DNA of 46,069 bases, the filler included, from Sphacelaria rigidula (Eukaryota): the NCBI GenBank assembly GCA_964200075.2. It is 2 parts of 2 records of this genome, joined end to end, with 100 filler letters (N's around TTAATTAATTAA, not from the genome) between each part and the next. Parts side by side here need not be neighbours in the genome. Positions count along the whole stretch, not along the records: positions 1 to 22,987 come from CAXNAA020000293.1; 1 more part is not named here. The stretch is one strand, 5' to 3'. A model generated the notes under the pieces. The model was not told the origin of the DNA, made no database searches, and saw nothing but the letters and a program-made list of their open reading frames with translations. The translations under genes were made by a program, and so were the position numbers. Shown here in pieces: positions 1-11,214 of this stretch. How positions within the stretch are numbered: position 1 is the stretch's first letter; the number at the start of each line of letters is the position of its first letter.

Positions 1-640
1 TATTATTATTTCCGCACATTAGTCCGATCTCGCGAACCCGTGGTCACAAACGTTGAGTACGAACGTCAATAAAATTTATCGTCTTGTTTTTACTCATCAC
101 GACGGTATAGAGGATATGACACGTCCACACACTGGCCAGTGTAATGATATCATGACACACATACAAAGATGAATCCGCGTTAATATCATTCTTTCCGTGA
201 AGGATCGCCTCAGCCCCTCGAATAGACAGACTTGAGGGGCGTCAAAGGGAGGGATGATGTGGGGACCACATATGTGTGAGCGCAATGGACATCAGGATAC
301 ACATGTGAGGCGGAGGAACAATCTCAGGAACGGGGTCTGCCCAGTGACATACTTGGGCGAACTCGAAACGTTCAAACCTATGAAACTGGATCTTCGGCAA
401 CCTGGGCAACGGGGTCTTCGGTACAAGAGCTCGCAATGATGGGGCTACCGCATGAACCCTGGTTAAACGCTGTCGGTAGTGTCGTACCGACTCGTTCAGT
501 TGTCCTTGCCTATCATCGTCCCACGGCCAACATCCTTGTCTAAATGACAAGATGGAGAATTACGCCTCGCTCTGAAGATCCTTCGGCAGCAGGACACAAC
601 GTTCTTCTTCGGGACCCGTAACTCTACTGCCTCACCTCCT
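1..640 (-). mobile_element. 3' part of an (AAT)n-tailed non-coding retroelement-like repeat, same family as 13541-14885; 5' boundary uncertain
   Basis: Reverse complement of 1-52 reads TGTGACCACGGGTTCGCGAGATCGGACTAATGTGCGGAAATAATAATA. This matches TGTGACTACGGGTTCGAGAGAACGGGCTAATGTGAGTGATAATATAATAAT at ~14830-14880. Weaker shared block GTAGCCCC..CGA.CTCTT.TAC.GA further in. Confidence 0.6.
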
Positions 641-1374
641 AGCGAAGCCTAGTCTACATGGAAAAGGAATATAGCGATGTTATTCCCGGGTGGGGGCAGG
701 CGGGGGAGGGGGGGGGTATTCGTGGTCTTCAAAATGGTCAAGGGCGAACGATTCTCGAAAACTGAAAACAGCTGCAATTTGCGGCTGAGCATATGGGGTC
801 GTATCCATGGATATGCTGATAGTTCAGCAATCATATGTAGCTTAAACGAATGCCCTGACGAGACGAAATATGTTCTAAATACATCTTACATTGGTATTTT
901 GTCGAAAAAGGGGCAGGCGCTGTTTGAATTTTTATTCGTCTCATCTTGCCGGCCGTGTTTTCGTTCTCTCCGAGTGCCACCTAGACTGGTATAATTAGCT
1001 GAAGCTCCAGCAGCGTCATTTTTTCGGCAAAAACAAAACACAGTTGCCACAAAACTGGCGCCTTCCTGCCACTTGCACGTTATGACAACTTCAATGTCGA
1101 CTGTTGGATGTAGACCTGATGTACGGTGTGGGTGTGTTTGAAACATGAAACGGAAAATGAATAATCTTTTCCCCGATTGTCCCCCCCTCCCCCCTACCGC
1201 GTGGAGCATGCCTGTTTCAACAAGCGTCGAAACCCATTATGTGCACGTTAGAACGGCAGCTTGAACCGAGAACCACTCGCTTAGGATGTCACGCAGTGTG
1301 CCCTACCTCGTAACAACACGGCCCTACGCCCGAGACGCTGTGAACGACCAAGTTGGTGTTCTAGGAGATTTGAG

Positions 1375-1665
1375 CAGTGTTGAGAATCAAGTATCAAAAT
1401 ATCGAGTGTCGATCGCGATTTTCGGCAATTCTCAGTATCGGAATCGCGAGCTGGTAAGCCGATATTTTCGATAAGCTAACTCGCTCCCTCGGGACATTTC
1501 TTTCAGAAATGACCCTCCGAAAACAGCAACAAAGGCCCAGGAAACCAGAAAACCGGTTGTTTGGCCACGTTCCGAGTATCGGTAAAAATATCGATATCGA
1601 CGTTTTTTCGTCGATACTTTGAAAAATCGTATCGAACTTTTTATCTCGATCGATTCTCGTCACTG
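1375..1665. mobile_element. hAT-like MITE
   Basis: TIRs CAGTGTTGAGAATC (from 1375) and GATTCTCGTCACTG (ending 1665), 12/14 match. Flanking 8-mers GATTTGAG/GCTTTGAC (6/8) fit a decayed 8-bp TSD. Interior rich in ATCG/ATCGAT motifs. Confidence 0.75.
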
Positions 1666-1707
1666 GCTTTGACCAAAAAAAAAAAAAAACTTTATGAAAT
1701 GGCCGCG

Positions 1708-1772
1708 CCCCGCTGGTCTAGTGGTCCATCTGACACCATTTTATCGGGAAGAACGCGGGCTCGATTCCCGCC
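1708..1772 (+). pseudogene. tRNA-like sequence (pseudo-tRNA or SINE head)
   Basis: A-box TGGTCTAGTGG and a perfect 5-bp T-arm GCGGG-CTCGATT-CCCGC. The acceptor stem cannot pair and the B-box is GCTCGA. Confidence 0.55.
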
Positions 1773-2621
1773 AAATGCTGTTGGATCTTGTCTTGAAAGT
1801 ACTACTTCTATTACAGTATCTGGTTTCCGTCGTTGAAGCCGTGAGGACGTGAGTGGCAGAAGAGTGTTTAACGAGAGTTAACGCGGCGCGCGAGTGCTCA
1901 TAGTCATGATCTAATACGCAAGACCACAATGTAAGGCATGTGCTGGAAAGAAGTAGGTTGATTCCTTGGGACGTTGGAACGACAGACCCGTTCCGAGGAA
2001 AGGGAAGGGTTGAAAGAGAGACAGGAAAAATAGTATTCAGCCCATGCCTCGAAACTGCACCTCGAGAAGAAGTATCGAGCTTGCCCCAACACAACAGTTG
2101 GTTCAGGCGCACACTAAGCACCGAGCAGCTCTCCCAAAGTCGAAGTACCCGTACTTCACGAGTAGTCCTCTCTCAAAAATGGGTAACTTCGCTCAGGGCA
2201 AATGAACGGTTGGATTGGGGTTAGACTTGGCATGCGGTGTGATGTTCGAACACGAAACAAGCAAAGACGATCGTTCGTTGATGCAAAGAAGGGGCATGAG
2301 CGACGGTGCTTCTTCTGTGAGTTCTCCTGTGATCAGGGCTGCACAGCAAACAGAACGCACTTGTGAGGAGTCCATGTGACTACGACTCGCAACGGTATCC
2401 GCTCAGCTATCAAGTCCTTCTGTGAATCGCGGCAGATGCCAGGCAGCTTTTGGTGTCGTCCTCGTGAAGCAGACGGTCTACCTTGCCTGCCGAAGAACGG
2501 AATACTGTACTGCAGTCAGTGCCGCTCATATTTGTTGTTCGAACGTTTTTCTCTCGCCCGCCGTTTTGCCTGGTTCCATCCAATTGCTGCGACGCGATGC
2601 CGGTGTATATCGCTTGCATAG

Positions 2622-2719
2622 GTCCAGCGCGGTGTGCAAACGTTTCAAGCTGAACACTTACGACCCCTCCGTGATAGCGGGATGCGTTGAGTCCGGCGGC
2701 GTGACCGACCGCTGCAGAG
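2622..2719 (+). CDS. Probable exon of TBC Rab-GAP gene (SSAVCKRFKLNTYDPSVIAGCVESGGVTDRCR)
   Basis: TAG acceptor and strong AG|GTGAGT donor. The phase-1 end joins 3436 to give GGVTDRCRGLLWLTMVG, resembling the TBC N-terminal G(I/V)PxxxRxxxWxxLxG motif. Confidence 0.6.
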
Positions 2720-3435
2720 GTGAGTTTGAGAGGTACCGAGGACAATCAAGAAGATTTTTGGCCTCCTCGTTTGCACTTGAAGGGGGATTGAAATAAAAGA
2801 GATTTGGTGAGTCGTATCGTTGGCCATGTGCATCTTTGAAGCGAACATGAACACGCATTTTTAGTCGCAGCCGTGCAGAGGTCGCACCAGAAGAATAAAG
2901 AGCCGTCGCAGCGTCGCTTGTATCGACAGCAGAATTCCAACCATGCGTGTCGCTGGTGTTTGTCGATTCGATCATTGAAACATCCTTCCCCGTCGCTGTC
3001 TCTCCTGTCTGTTCCTTTTTGTTGCTTTGGGGTATCAGATGACGCTCGCCGCAATGATCGCCAATCCCGATTGACTTGGGGCTTTCGTCTCAGACAAATG
3101 CGACAGGCTCTCGTGGGGTTTTTTATATGCCGAGCTATCCGAAAACAAGTGATCAGCGATATGCTCCAATTCTGTAGTATCAGAGGACAATTCTTCCTCA
3201 AAAACTCGGCGATGCTTAGATCTCTACACGGGGTGATCGATCTAAACCTACTGTGCTAAACTCGATGACGCATCATGTCATAGTGCAAACATGTGGCAGT
3301 CGCTCTGGTACACGCGCAGCTGACCCTCGTTTTACCGCCTGTCAAACCTGGTTTCCGTCGCTGGGTGTTGCCCTGTTTATCGATGGAATGTGAATGGCAC
3401 GGGCGCTGAAAACGGATGGTCGCGTTGTCTTACAG

Positions 3436-3551
3436 GCCTACTATGGCTGACCATGGTGGGCATGGATCCTACTGAAGCGAAGTCTAAGGGCGTGCTCGGA
3501 GTCATGGCAGACCAACAACCGGAAAGTCCGGAAGAACAGTACGACCGCTTG
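3436..3551 (+). CDS. Probable exon of TBC Rab-GAP gene (GLLWLTMVGMDPTEAK...EEQYDRL)
   Basis: TTACAG acceptor and TTG|GTGAGA donor. The only open frame is phase 1 in, phase 0 out, compatible with both neighbouring exons. Confidence 0.6.
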
Positions 3552-6032
3552 GTGAGAAGTGCCCCGGATGTAATGCCATCGGTCACACCATACCATGAAA
3601 CTGTTTTTTTTGCTCTGTTCTACACACGTGCTGGTGCTGTGGTTGTAAAGTCTATAATGGGTTTGTGGATGCGGTGTGGCGCAGGTTGACAGCTATCAGG
3701 AGAGTAAGTCCCTCGTGGAGACCGGCCTCGTGCATGAATTGTATGTTTCCACACATGTTGAAACAAAATTAGCACGGGGTACTCCGAGCCGACAGTACCG
3801 TACTGATTGTACCGTGCGAATGACCACTTAGCAGGGCTGGGACACCCGCGATCCATCCGTGAAGAATTTCAATTGCTCTGCCGCACTCTGAGAGCAAGTA
3901 GAAGGGGGGGGAAAGTCCGTGAAATGTCGATCAGGTGCATGGCGGAGAAAGCTCAAGTTATTGAAATGCGAGCAATGTCCACAACACTGCACGTTGATCC
4001 TGATGAAAAAAGAGCAATCGCGCCCGTCGTAAGCAGTGTGTCGTGATGACATCACACACGATCTGGTACTCTCTTGTCAGGGGACGGTCTCTCCTTCCCG
4101 AACAGCTTTACAGCGTCTGTAGGCAGAAGGCACTGTTGTCATCAACTCGGCTGTATGGCCATGTCTTGTTCGAGACATCTTATAAACCCGAAGGGCCCGA
4201 AAAGATGCGACGAAGCCTGAGTGGTGATTGTTACCTGTGCCACTATGATCATCGACCAAAAAGTTTCCCGAGTTGAACGACTATGCTGGCAAGATCCGGC
4301 GCTTCTTGCGCACCTATTTTACATCGTTTCCTCCGTACTTGTCGTCAGAAAGTAAAGAATGTTCCGAAATGAGTTCCAGTATCGTGCATAATCATCCTCT
4401 TCGCCTACGAGGCGCACAAAATCCCGTGGGTCGCATACATTATTGCGTCAACACCCACCTGCGGCCTCAAGCTACACATACGTCGAGTATCAGAATTATC
4501 AGACATGCCGTCTTCATATTGTTCAATACTGCTGGTTTTGGCGGCGAGAGGAGGTTTTGTCATACGAACTGGATCCAAGCAAAAAGTGGAACATCAGATA
4601 CGAAGGTTTTCCATTGCTCAGCTCTGAATGTGCGAGCCCAAAACTTCGGATACGTGTTGGTATCCTCGTTGGAACAATCGTGCTGTGCTCTGTCACCCTT
4701 TTTATTCGTGATCCTCTGGAGTCGAGTCAACCAGTGATGCGGCGACTTTCATGTTGCTGATCATTCTTTAAACCTGTGCATATTTGAATCAGTCGGGCTC
4801 AATAGACAAAAGTTAAGCATGTGACCTAGCATGGTTGCTCGTATCATGGGAGTAGCCTTGTGTGTAAAAATTACAACGCATGATTTCGAGACTGAGCGAG
4901 GGAAGGGATCTCAGTGGATGACGGGGTCGGTACATCTCTGTCATGTTGCAAAGCCTCCACAATGCGTCTTTGCTCTATGTGTCAATGATATGACACCGGG
5001 AACAGCATGAGGATCACTACAATCGTCCGCGGCGTATCCACCCCTTTTCGTGTTCACTTCGCGAACATATGTAAGGTGTGTGCTTGCGGGAAGGGCTCAA
5101 CTGCGCCAGGTGATATGTATTCCTGGTTTAGACACGGAAGTCACCGCGTATCCCAGAGCAGTCGCGAGTAGCCTCATGGCATGCGTGCAGGTGACTGCGC
5201 TGCGCGAAAACATTACACAGCACTGCGGATGTTGTGACTGGTGTGCGGGGTTGGAAGAGAGAAGAGCTGCAAATAACACGAGCTACGTGCCATTCCGCCG
5301 CCAGGGTGGACGATCTGTCGGATCGGTAGTGTCTCACCTTAGTTTCAAGTGTACAATATGCCGATTTAACATCACCCACCCTAGCGGACAGAGGGTGGAA
5401 TGCCAGAGAACCTTTCGATTAAACTCGTACACGAGGGCAACGGGAAGTCAAAGAAAATACTTGTGTGCCTATGCGTCGCCTGCGATATAATGTGGGAAAT
5501 TATGCATAAAACTGTCTTTAAGGTGTCGGTGAATCGTGACGAAGTTGACAGGGTTCTATGAAACGATTGGGAGCTCGGTTGGATTATATGCGTGTCGGGA
5601 GGGTACTTTCATTTTTTGAGAACTTGATGTAGCTGTGGATGCTGTAGATAACAACGCAGCAACATGCGTAGCAACCCCATCACCTTCCGCTCGGGCAGAA
5701 TGTTTTCTTTTTCACCTGTTTTCCTCGGAAATGTACTCACGAGATCCCTTGAGTGTATGGACTTGCAATGATTTTTTGTCGTAGGAATGCGAGACCTACA
5801 TATGTAGCTTCTGAATGCGCCAACATACTGCACCATGCTTGGTGCATCAATCACGTGGCGTCGGCGTCTGACATTATCGCAAGCTCCATTTTCAATTTCC
5901 AAATGGAGAATCGCCACCACCTACCTCACCTCTGGCATGTATCTTCGTTCGTCGTCGTGTCGCGGCTGCTCAATTTTCTCTATTCGTGCCCTCGTACAAC
6001 CTAAACCGACAAATGGAAAACGAAAAACTTAG

Positions 6033-6889
6033 CACCGAGCAATGAACGGCACGGCGACCACTCCCGTGGACCACTCTCGCGTGGAAGAGAGGCCGCGTGC
6101 CATCAGCCGAGAAAGTTCATCAACCACCCCTAGTCCTGCGCCCTCAGACTCTGTCGTGGTCGAGTCCAAATCCGCAACAGCGACTACCAACGGCGGAGGC
6201 CGAGCGGGATCCGGCACTGTGAATGGAAGACAGCAAGACGACAGCATGGAAGGCGACCCTTTCATTGACATCTCCACCAGCGCAAATGGTACTGGAACGA
6301 ATCTTGGGACTGACTCGAGGAGCGATTTCAAAACCGGAGGCAGCGCCGCCAGTGGAAGTGGAAGCGGCGAGGCCGGCGGTTTCAGTGTGGGGGACGAAAG
6401 CGTTGTATTGTGGGAGGAGCCCTCGGTCGAGGGATCGGCGCCAGCGACGGCGCCAGTAGCAGCAGCAGGATACCTTAATAACGGCGGGTTGGGCAGCCAG
6501 CACACCAAGGGGTCGGGCCCCGCATTAGTGCCAGACGGCGACGATACTGATGGTGCACCGGCTGACGGCGTTCACACTTGCGTCAACACTGGCGGTTCGA
6601 CCCAAACATCGGCTGTGGACGAATCCACGGCGGCGGATATCGGTTTCACGAACGCACCTGCCGACGGCAAAAACGGCATGAAACAAGCAGGAGGGAGAGG
6701 AGAAGAGATGGAATCGCCGCAGGACAGCGTCACTGGGACGGATGACAGCGCCGCAAATGGAGGGGGAAGTGGCGACGGTCCCCTGAAGAGCGCTGACGAG
6801 ACCCAGAACGCGGTGAATGATGAGGAAGATATGGTTACTGCCTCGGCGGCCCCGGCGCGTGTTGTAGGATGGGCGAGCGGACTTTTCAG
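6033..6889 (+). CDS. Large low-complexity S/G/D/T-rich exon, probably of the TBC gene
   Basis: 291-aa ORF 6042-6917 with GC-rich coding-like composition. TTAG acceptor ends at 6032 (phase 0), or translation starts at ATG 6042. Donor CAG|GTGCGT at 6890 (phase 2). Confidence 0.75.
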
Positions 6890-6929
6890 GTGCGTCGTGC
6901 GTTATCGGTGGCGTTGATCAAGTCAGTTC

Positions 6930-7900
6930 AGGGTCTGTGTACTTCCTCTGTCCCATGAAAAAAGTGGATTATGTTCACACGGGCCCTTCGTTTTGCCCGA
7001 TGCGTGAGGCGATCACGATTTTGATGTTTTTGGCGTTTTTTGAGTCGGGATCTTCGAGGTTTTCCCCGCGCGCTACCCTGCGCGGGCGAACGACCGCAAA
7101 AACTCAGTCGACCCGAAAATGGCTGTTTCTGCCCCCCATTTGCGCGGGGAAGAACGTCGAAGCAAATGTGAAAAAAAAAAGAAGCGAGGGCGTTATGCGT
7201 CCTCGCCGTCATTAAAGCTTGATCCTAGGTAGTCCCAGGTCTTCGTGACGGTCTCATGATCGTATTTTACCACCCTCTCCAATATTCCCGCCCTCTGCCG
7301 CGCCGGGTACTGCTTCCCTAAATCCGTGAGTGGACCTAGAATACCCTCCGGCACTCTTGACTTGCTTGGCGGAGTGGCCAGCGCAATCTCCATCGCCACG
7401 GCGTAACAGCGGCCCAATGATACTTCGGCGCCCAGTTTACGACGTGTGTGTTGATGGGAAAGCCTATCGTGGTTGTAGTGGGTAGTGATATTTAACGTCG
7501 ATATTCTTCGGAGAGAAGAATCGGGTAGTTAGTTCGGGGGGTGGGTGATATTGAGGAATGCTAAATATGAGCAATTTCGTCCTCTAAAGTCTTGATAAAT
7601 ATGATTCCGATGTATATCTTGTGTTTCCTTTGAGTCATCTCCCTACCTTGATACTTTGATTAAACTTAGCTATGTCATCGTGGGCACCTCCGTTGGAGAG
7701 GTTGGGACCCCGCAACCGACTTTGCTTCTCAGAGAGGGAAAGCACTCGTGTCGACCACACTGCGACGTTTTGCTGTTTTATACGTGATTTGATATACCAG
7801 TGTGATGAAAGGAAGCGGGGTTATGTCTAGCGAGTTGCGGTCATGTTTTTTTTGTGCAAAGAGCAAGACTTCTAATATCGTCTGAAGTTTGTTTCGGAGT
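6930..7900. repeat. Unclassified interspersed repeat, weakly similar to 9200-10370
   Basis: Shared block GGCGAACGACCGCAAAAACTCAGTCGACCCGAAAATGGCTG (~7085-7125) vs GGCCGAACAGCCGAAAAAAAATCAATTGATCCCAAAATAGCCG (~9411-9454). Boundaries approximate. Confidence 0.35.
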
Positions 7901-9004
7901 CATTTCCATTCACTATCCATGCCCTACGCAACGAAGCGAGTTCTCAATGTAGGAACATGTAATCGGCAAGCCAGAACAGTGCATCAAGAAGCGCGGCCGG
8001 AAGGCACACGCTTTTGGTATATTGTGTGTTTGCGTACCTTCCGACTACACCAATAGTCGTCAGCGTGCTCAGTGTTGCACACCCGAGTCTCATCAACACA
8101 ACCAAGTGACAAAACTTCGAAAACGCATCTCTTGAGCATACGTTCCATGCCTTGCATGCTGCTGTACATGGTACTCGCATCTCTTGGAAACAATGAATGG
8201 TAGACGTTCGGAGAAACATCCCCCGAACATACGTTTCATCTCAAGCCTCCTCCAATGGCGGACACACACGACATGCCCGGGGAGGACCCCTGGCCGCCCC
8301 CATCTCCCCCCACCCCCCTCCTCCGCCACCCCCNNNNNNNNNNCCCCTTTGGAAAAAAAAAAAGGTAGACCTCCGGAAAAACACCCCCCCAACACCCCTT
8401 TCCTCTCCCCCCTCCCCCAATCCCCCCCCCCCCCCCCCCCACCCCTTTTCATTCCCTTAAATCTTTCCAAGTCACCCGAGAATCACTCATTTGTTGTCCT
8501 TGGAGTCCACGTATCATGGCCGAACACATACCGCAACTAACACGAGAATAAATGTCCAAAACATCATATTTGTGCTGCGTATATTGTTTTTTTTATCGAG
8601 AAATCGAGAATTTGTTCTGTGTTGGACATGTGCATGTGCCGTATTTCCTACGTAAAACCCTCCACAAATGTCGATGTTTCGATCACTTCTCTTCTGACCC
8701 CATCTCCACCTCCCTCCACCTCGCTCGTCCGCGTCCCCGGCCTGGCATAACATAGGAGATCAAGCACAACGAGTTTTATAACACCAACACCGGCGACCGT
8801 CCCAGAACAAGCGTGAGTTTGACATGCTGCTTGTGGGTATGCATAACAAGGGCTTCTTCCGCGCTGATGCGAAATGACGACGCTTCTGTCCTTCATTTTT
8901 ATCTGCTGTGTCGTGATTTGCCTTTCCCGCCCACATGTTTCCGTTGATGGTGTCCTGCTTCCAACGCCCCCTTCTCCCCTCGCCCCTTCGCCCCTCCATC
9001 CTCG

Positions 9005-9197
9005 ATTTGTGTTGAAGTGTTTGTGTGTATCGTATAAAAGAAGCGGAGTAAGCGCCCGCATGTTGGAGGTGTCTTTATTAGAAGTAGGAACGGTGCTCCG
9101 TCTCGAAAGGGATACGTGGTCAACGGCCAAACAACTAGGGCAATCAAAGAATGAGTACGCGCTCCCTCGTCCCCCCCCGTTCCCCGTCCCCCGCCCC
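9005..9197 (+). mobile_element. 5'-truncated 3' end of the C-tract LINE family
   Basis: ATGTTGGAGGTGTCTTTATTAGAAGTAGGAACGGTGCTCCGTCTCGAAAGGGATACGTGGTCAACGG...ATGAGTACG closely matches 18985-19086. C-rich tracts on both sides. Confidence 0.85.
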
Positions 9198-10513
9198 AGT
9201 TACCCAGAACAAGTCCGTACCGTCAAGATATCACCCCCATATCTCCCCCCTACACCTGCCTTGCACTTCCTCTGTCTCATAAGTCAGAGTACCTACATTT
9301 TTACGGACCCTCAACCGTGTCCGATCTGTTTCATCATTTCTTTTGTTGAAATCTTCGGTGTTTTTTGGGTGTATAACGTTTTTTTTGTCCCAACCGGTGC
9401 TTGAACCATCCGGCCGAACAGCCGAAAAAAAATCAATTGATCCCAAAATAGCCGCATTTCACATCTTTCTCACGGGAGAAGAAGTATCGAAAACGATTGT
9501 CGCCATTGCGTAGCGGCCACCAAGCGATATGTCGACGCTCCGTTTGCGAGGTGGGAGTGTGCTGGGAGGCGAGTCCATCGCTAGAATGGTGTAGTAGGCA
9601 GGTAGGGCACTACATTTGGACGTTTTTGAGAATTTTTGGATAATTCTCGAAACAATTCTCAAGAATATTCCCAAAATAGGCCAAATTAGGGTATGTCTTC
9701 ACCCATATTAGGTGAAGAAATAGAACCCGTCTCTCTTCCTTCTCTAGCTTCGTCTTCGTTTTATCTTTCTAACGAACTCGACTATACTATCCTTCCTAAT
9801 ACAGTTCTACCCAGACAACGTATTGCCCATAGGTACCCGAACTCATGAGACAAACGAAGTACAGTAGCGAGCGGTCTAACTATTCATTTTGTGGCATGTT
9901 GTGATTTTCTCGTAATCGGCGATTTTCTTGGGCTCTTTTCGCTTGCCACCCCTTATCACATCTGGGATCTCAAGATATTTGTATCCGCTCCACATTCCAA
10001 GAAGAAAAACTCATCTGTACTCAATACTGAGTGACTTACGGGTTGTCACTGGGAGTCCTGCCACGTTTCAGCCCAGATTTCTACTCTTGTGTATTTTCGA
10101 TCGAGCGAGCCCGTCCCGATCATATTTGTGAAATAATGTATAGTTTTATTTCCTGAAATTCGACCTACTCAGTGCACTGGGGCCGAAAAACTGTGTTTCA
10201 CGGTCAATAACACCCTCCTGATGAACGGGGTATTTACTCGTTTCGCCCGATAACACCAACTAAGACGGACTTGGGCACTGTGTTTCGAAGATTAAGTTTT
10301 TGTGGTACCAAAATCTACCGATGCTCGCAATTTTGAGTTCCATCGAAGAGTACTACGCAAGGAAAACCCTTAAACACCCTTAAATAGCTGACCGCCCACT
10401 ACTGCATATATTCTATCGTGCTTTATTGGTTGTGTGTTCCCATGTTCCTCGGTGTGATTTGTGCTTTGACGTTTCGCCGCCCCTCGACCCCGTAATATTT
10501 CGTGCCTGGACAG

Positions 10514-10605
10514 AGGAATTGAAGGACAACACCGGAGGAGAGACAGTATTGCCACGTTGCCGACAAACCCGACGTCTCCTGTCTCTAGTAGCAGGGTATC
10601 TCGAG
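10514..10605 (+). CDS. Possible exon of TBC gene (GIEGQHRRRDSIATLPTNPTSPVSSSRVSR)
   Basis: CAG acceptor and GAG|GTGAGA donor. Open in the phase left by the exon ending at 6889. No recognisable motif. Confidence 0.4.
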
Positions 10606-11214
10606 GTGAGATGCTTGACCAATTGTGTGATTTTCGTGGTTAGAAAGCATGCGGACTTGATCCACGTACCGTACGTCATTCCCGATCGCGTAGTGACGCG
10701 ATCGACGATCTCACCTTCGTCCGCCCATGTCTTTGGCGAGGTGTTCGTGCTTTTGGTGTGGTAAGAAACTATGTCATCGGGGTTGCTTTCCCTGTGGAGG
10801 TTCTGCAAGGTATCTCCCACTAGGTCTGCTAGCCAGTTTTTTCCTCGTGAAGACTTTCGAGGAGCATGTGTGCGTGTTTGTGTGTCCCTTTCCCCATAAT
10901 ATGTTCATGCATTCATAGCTTGCTGCAAGAACCTCTTCAAGGCTGGCTCGTGCACATCGCAAGCTGATTCGTTGGACGGTTCTCGGAAGCATTCTTTCAA
11001 ACCTCGTGATTGCTGTATTCTTGACCAGCAATGTGACTGTTCCTTCGATGCATGCATCTCATGTGATCAAGGGGTCCATTGCAACATAGCAGCAAACATG
11101 GATACAGTGACACATGAAAGTATGCCGCGGAAAACTGAAGGCCTGATCTCGCATGGAACTGCGAGATGTCTTCTGATTTTTCGCTGTTGTATACGCCCTC
11201 CCCACCAATCATCT

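Noticed and set aside
1775..1848. Signal-peptide-like mini-exon MLLDLVLKVLLLLQYLVSVVEAVR with a GTGAGT donor, phase-compatible with 2622
   Set aside because: It begins right after a tRNA-like head and may be SINE body. A signal peptide is also unexpected on a cytosolic TBC protein. Not supportable without transcripts.
4221..4355. Frame reading ERLCWQDPALLAHL, reminiscent of the TBC C-terminal DPxLxxHL
   Set aside because: No convincing splice sites, and it is out of order relative to the catalytic exons.
7193..7430. Minus-strand GC-rich ORF (AMEIALATPPSK...WDYLG) as a captured gene fragment
   Set aside because: No recognisable motif or clear splice sites, and it sits inside an unclassified repeat.
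8198..8460. Apparent tandem duplication and proline-rich ORFs around the 10-N gap (8334-8343)
   Set aside because: The second copy looks like a C-biased, error-ridden version of 8198-8256 beside a gap. Most likely low-quality read ends.
10219..10260. Other CTGATGA hammerhead seeds (also ~39527 and ~41862)
   Set aside because: None has a properly placed stem II followed by GAAA and a cleavage triplet.
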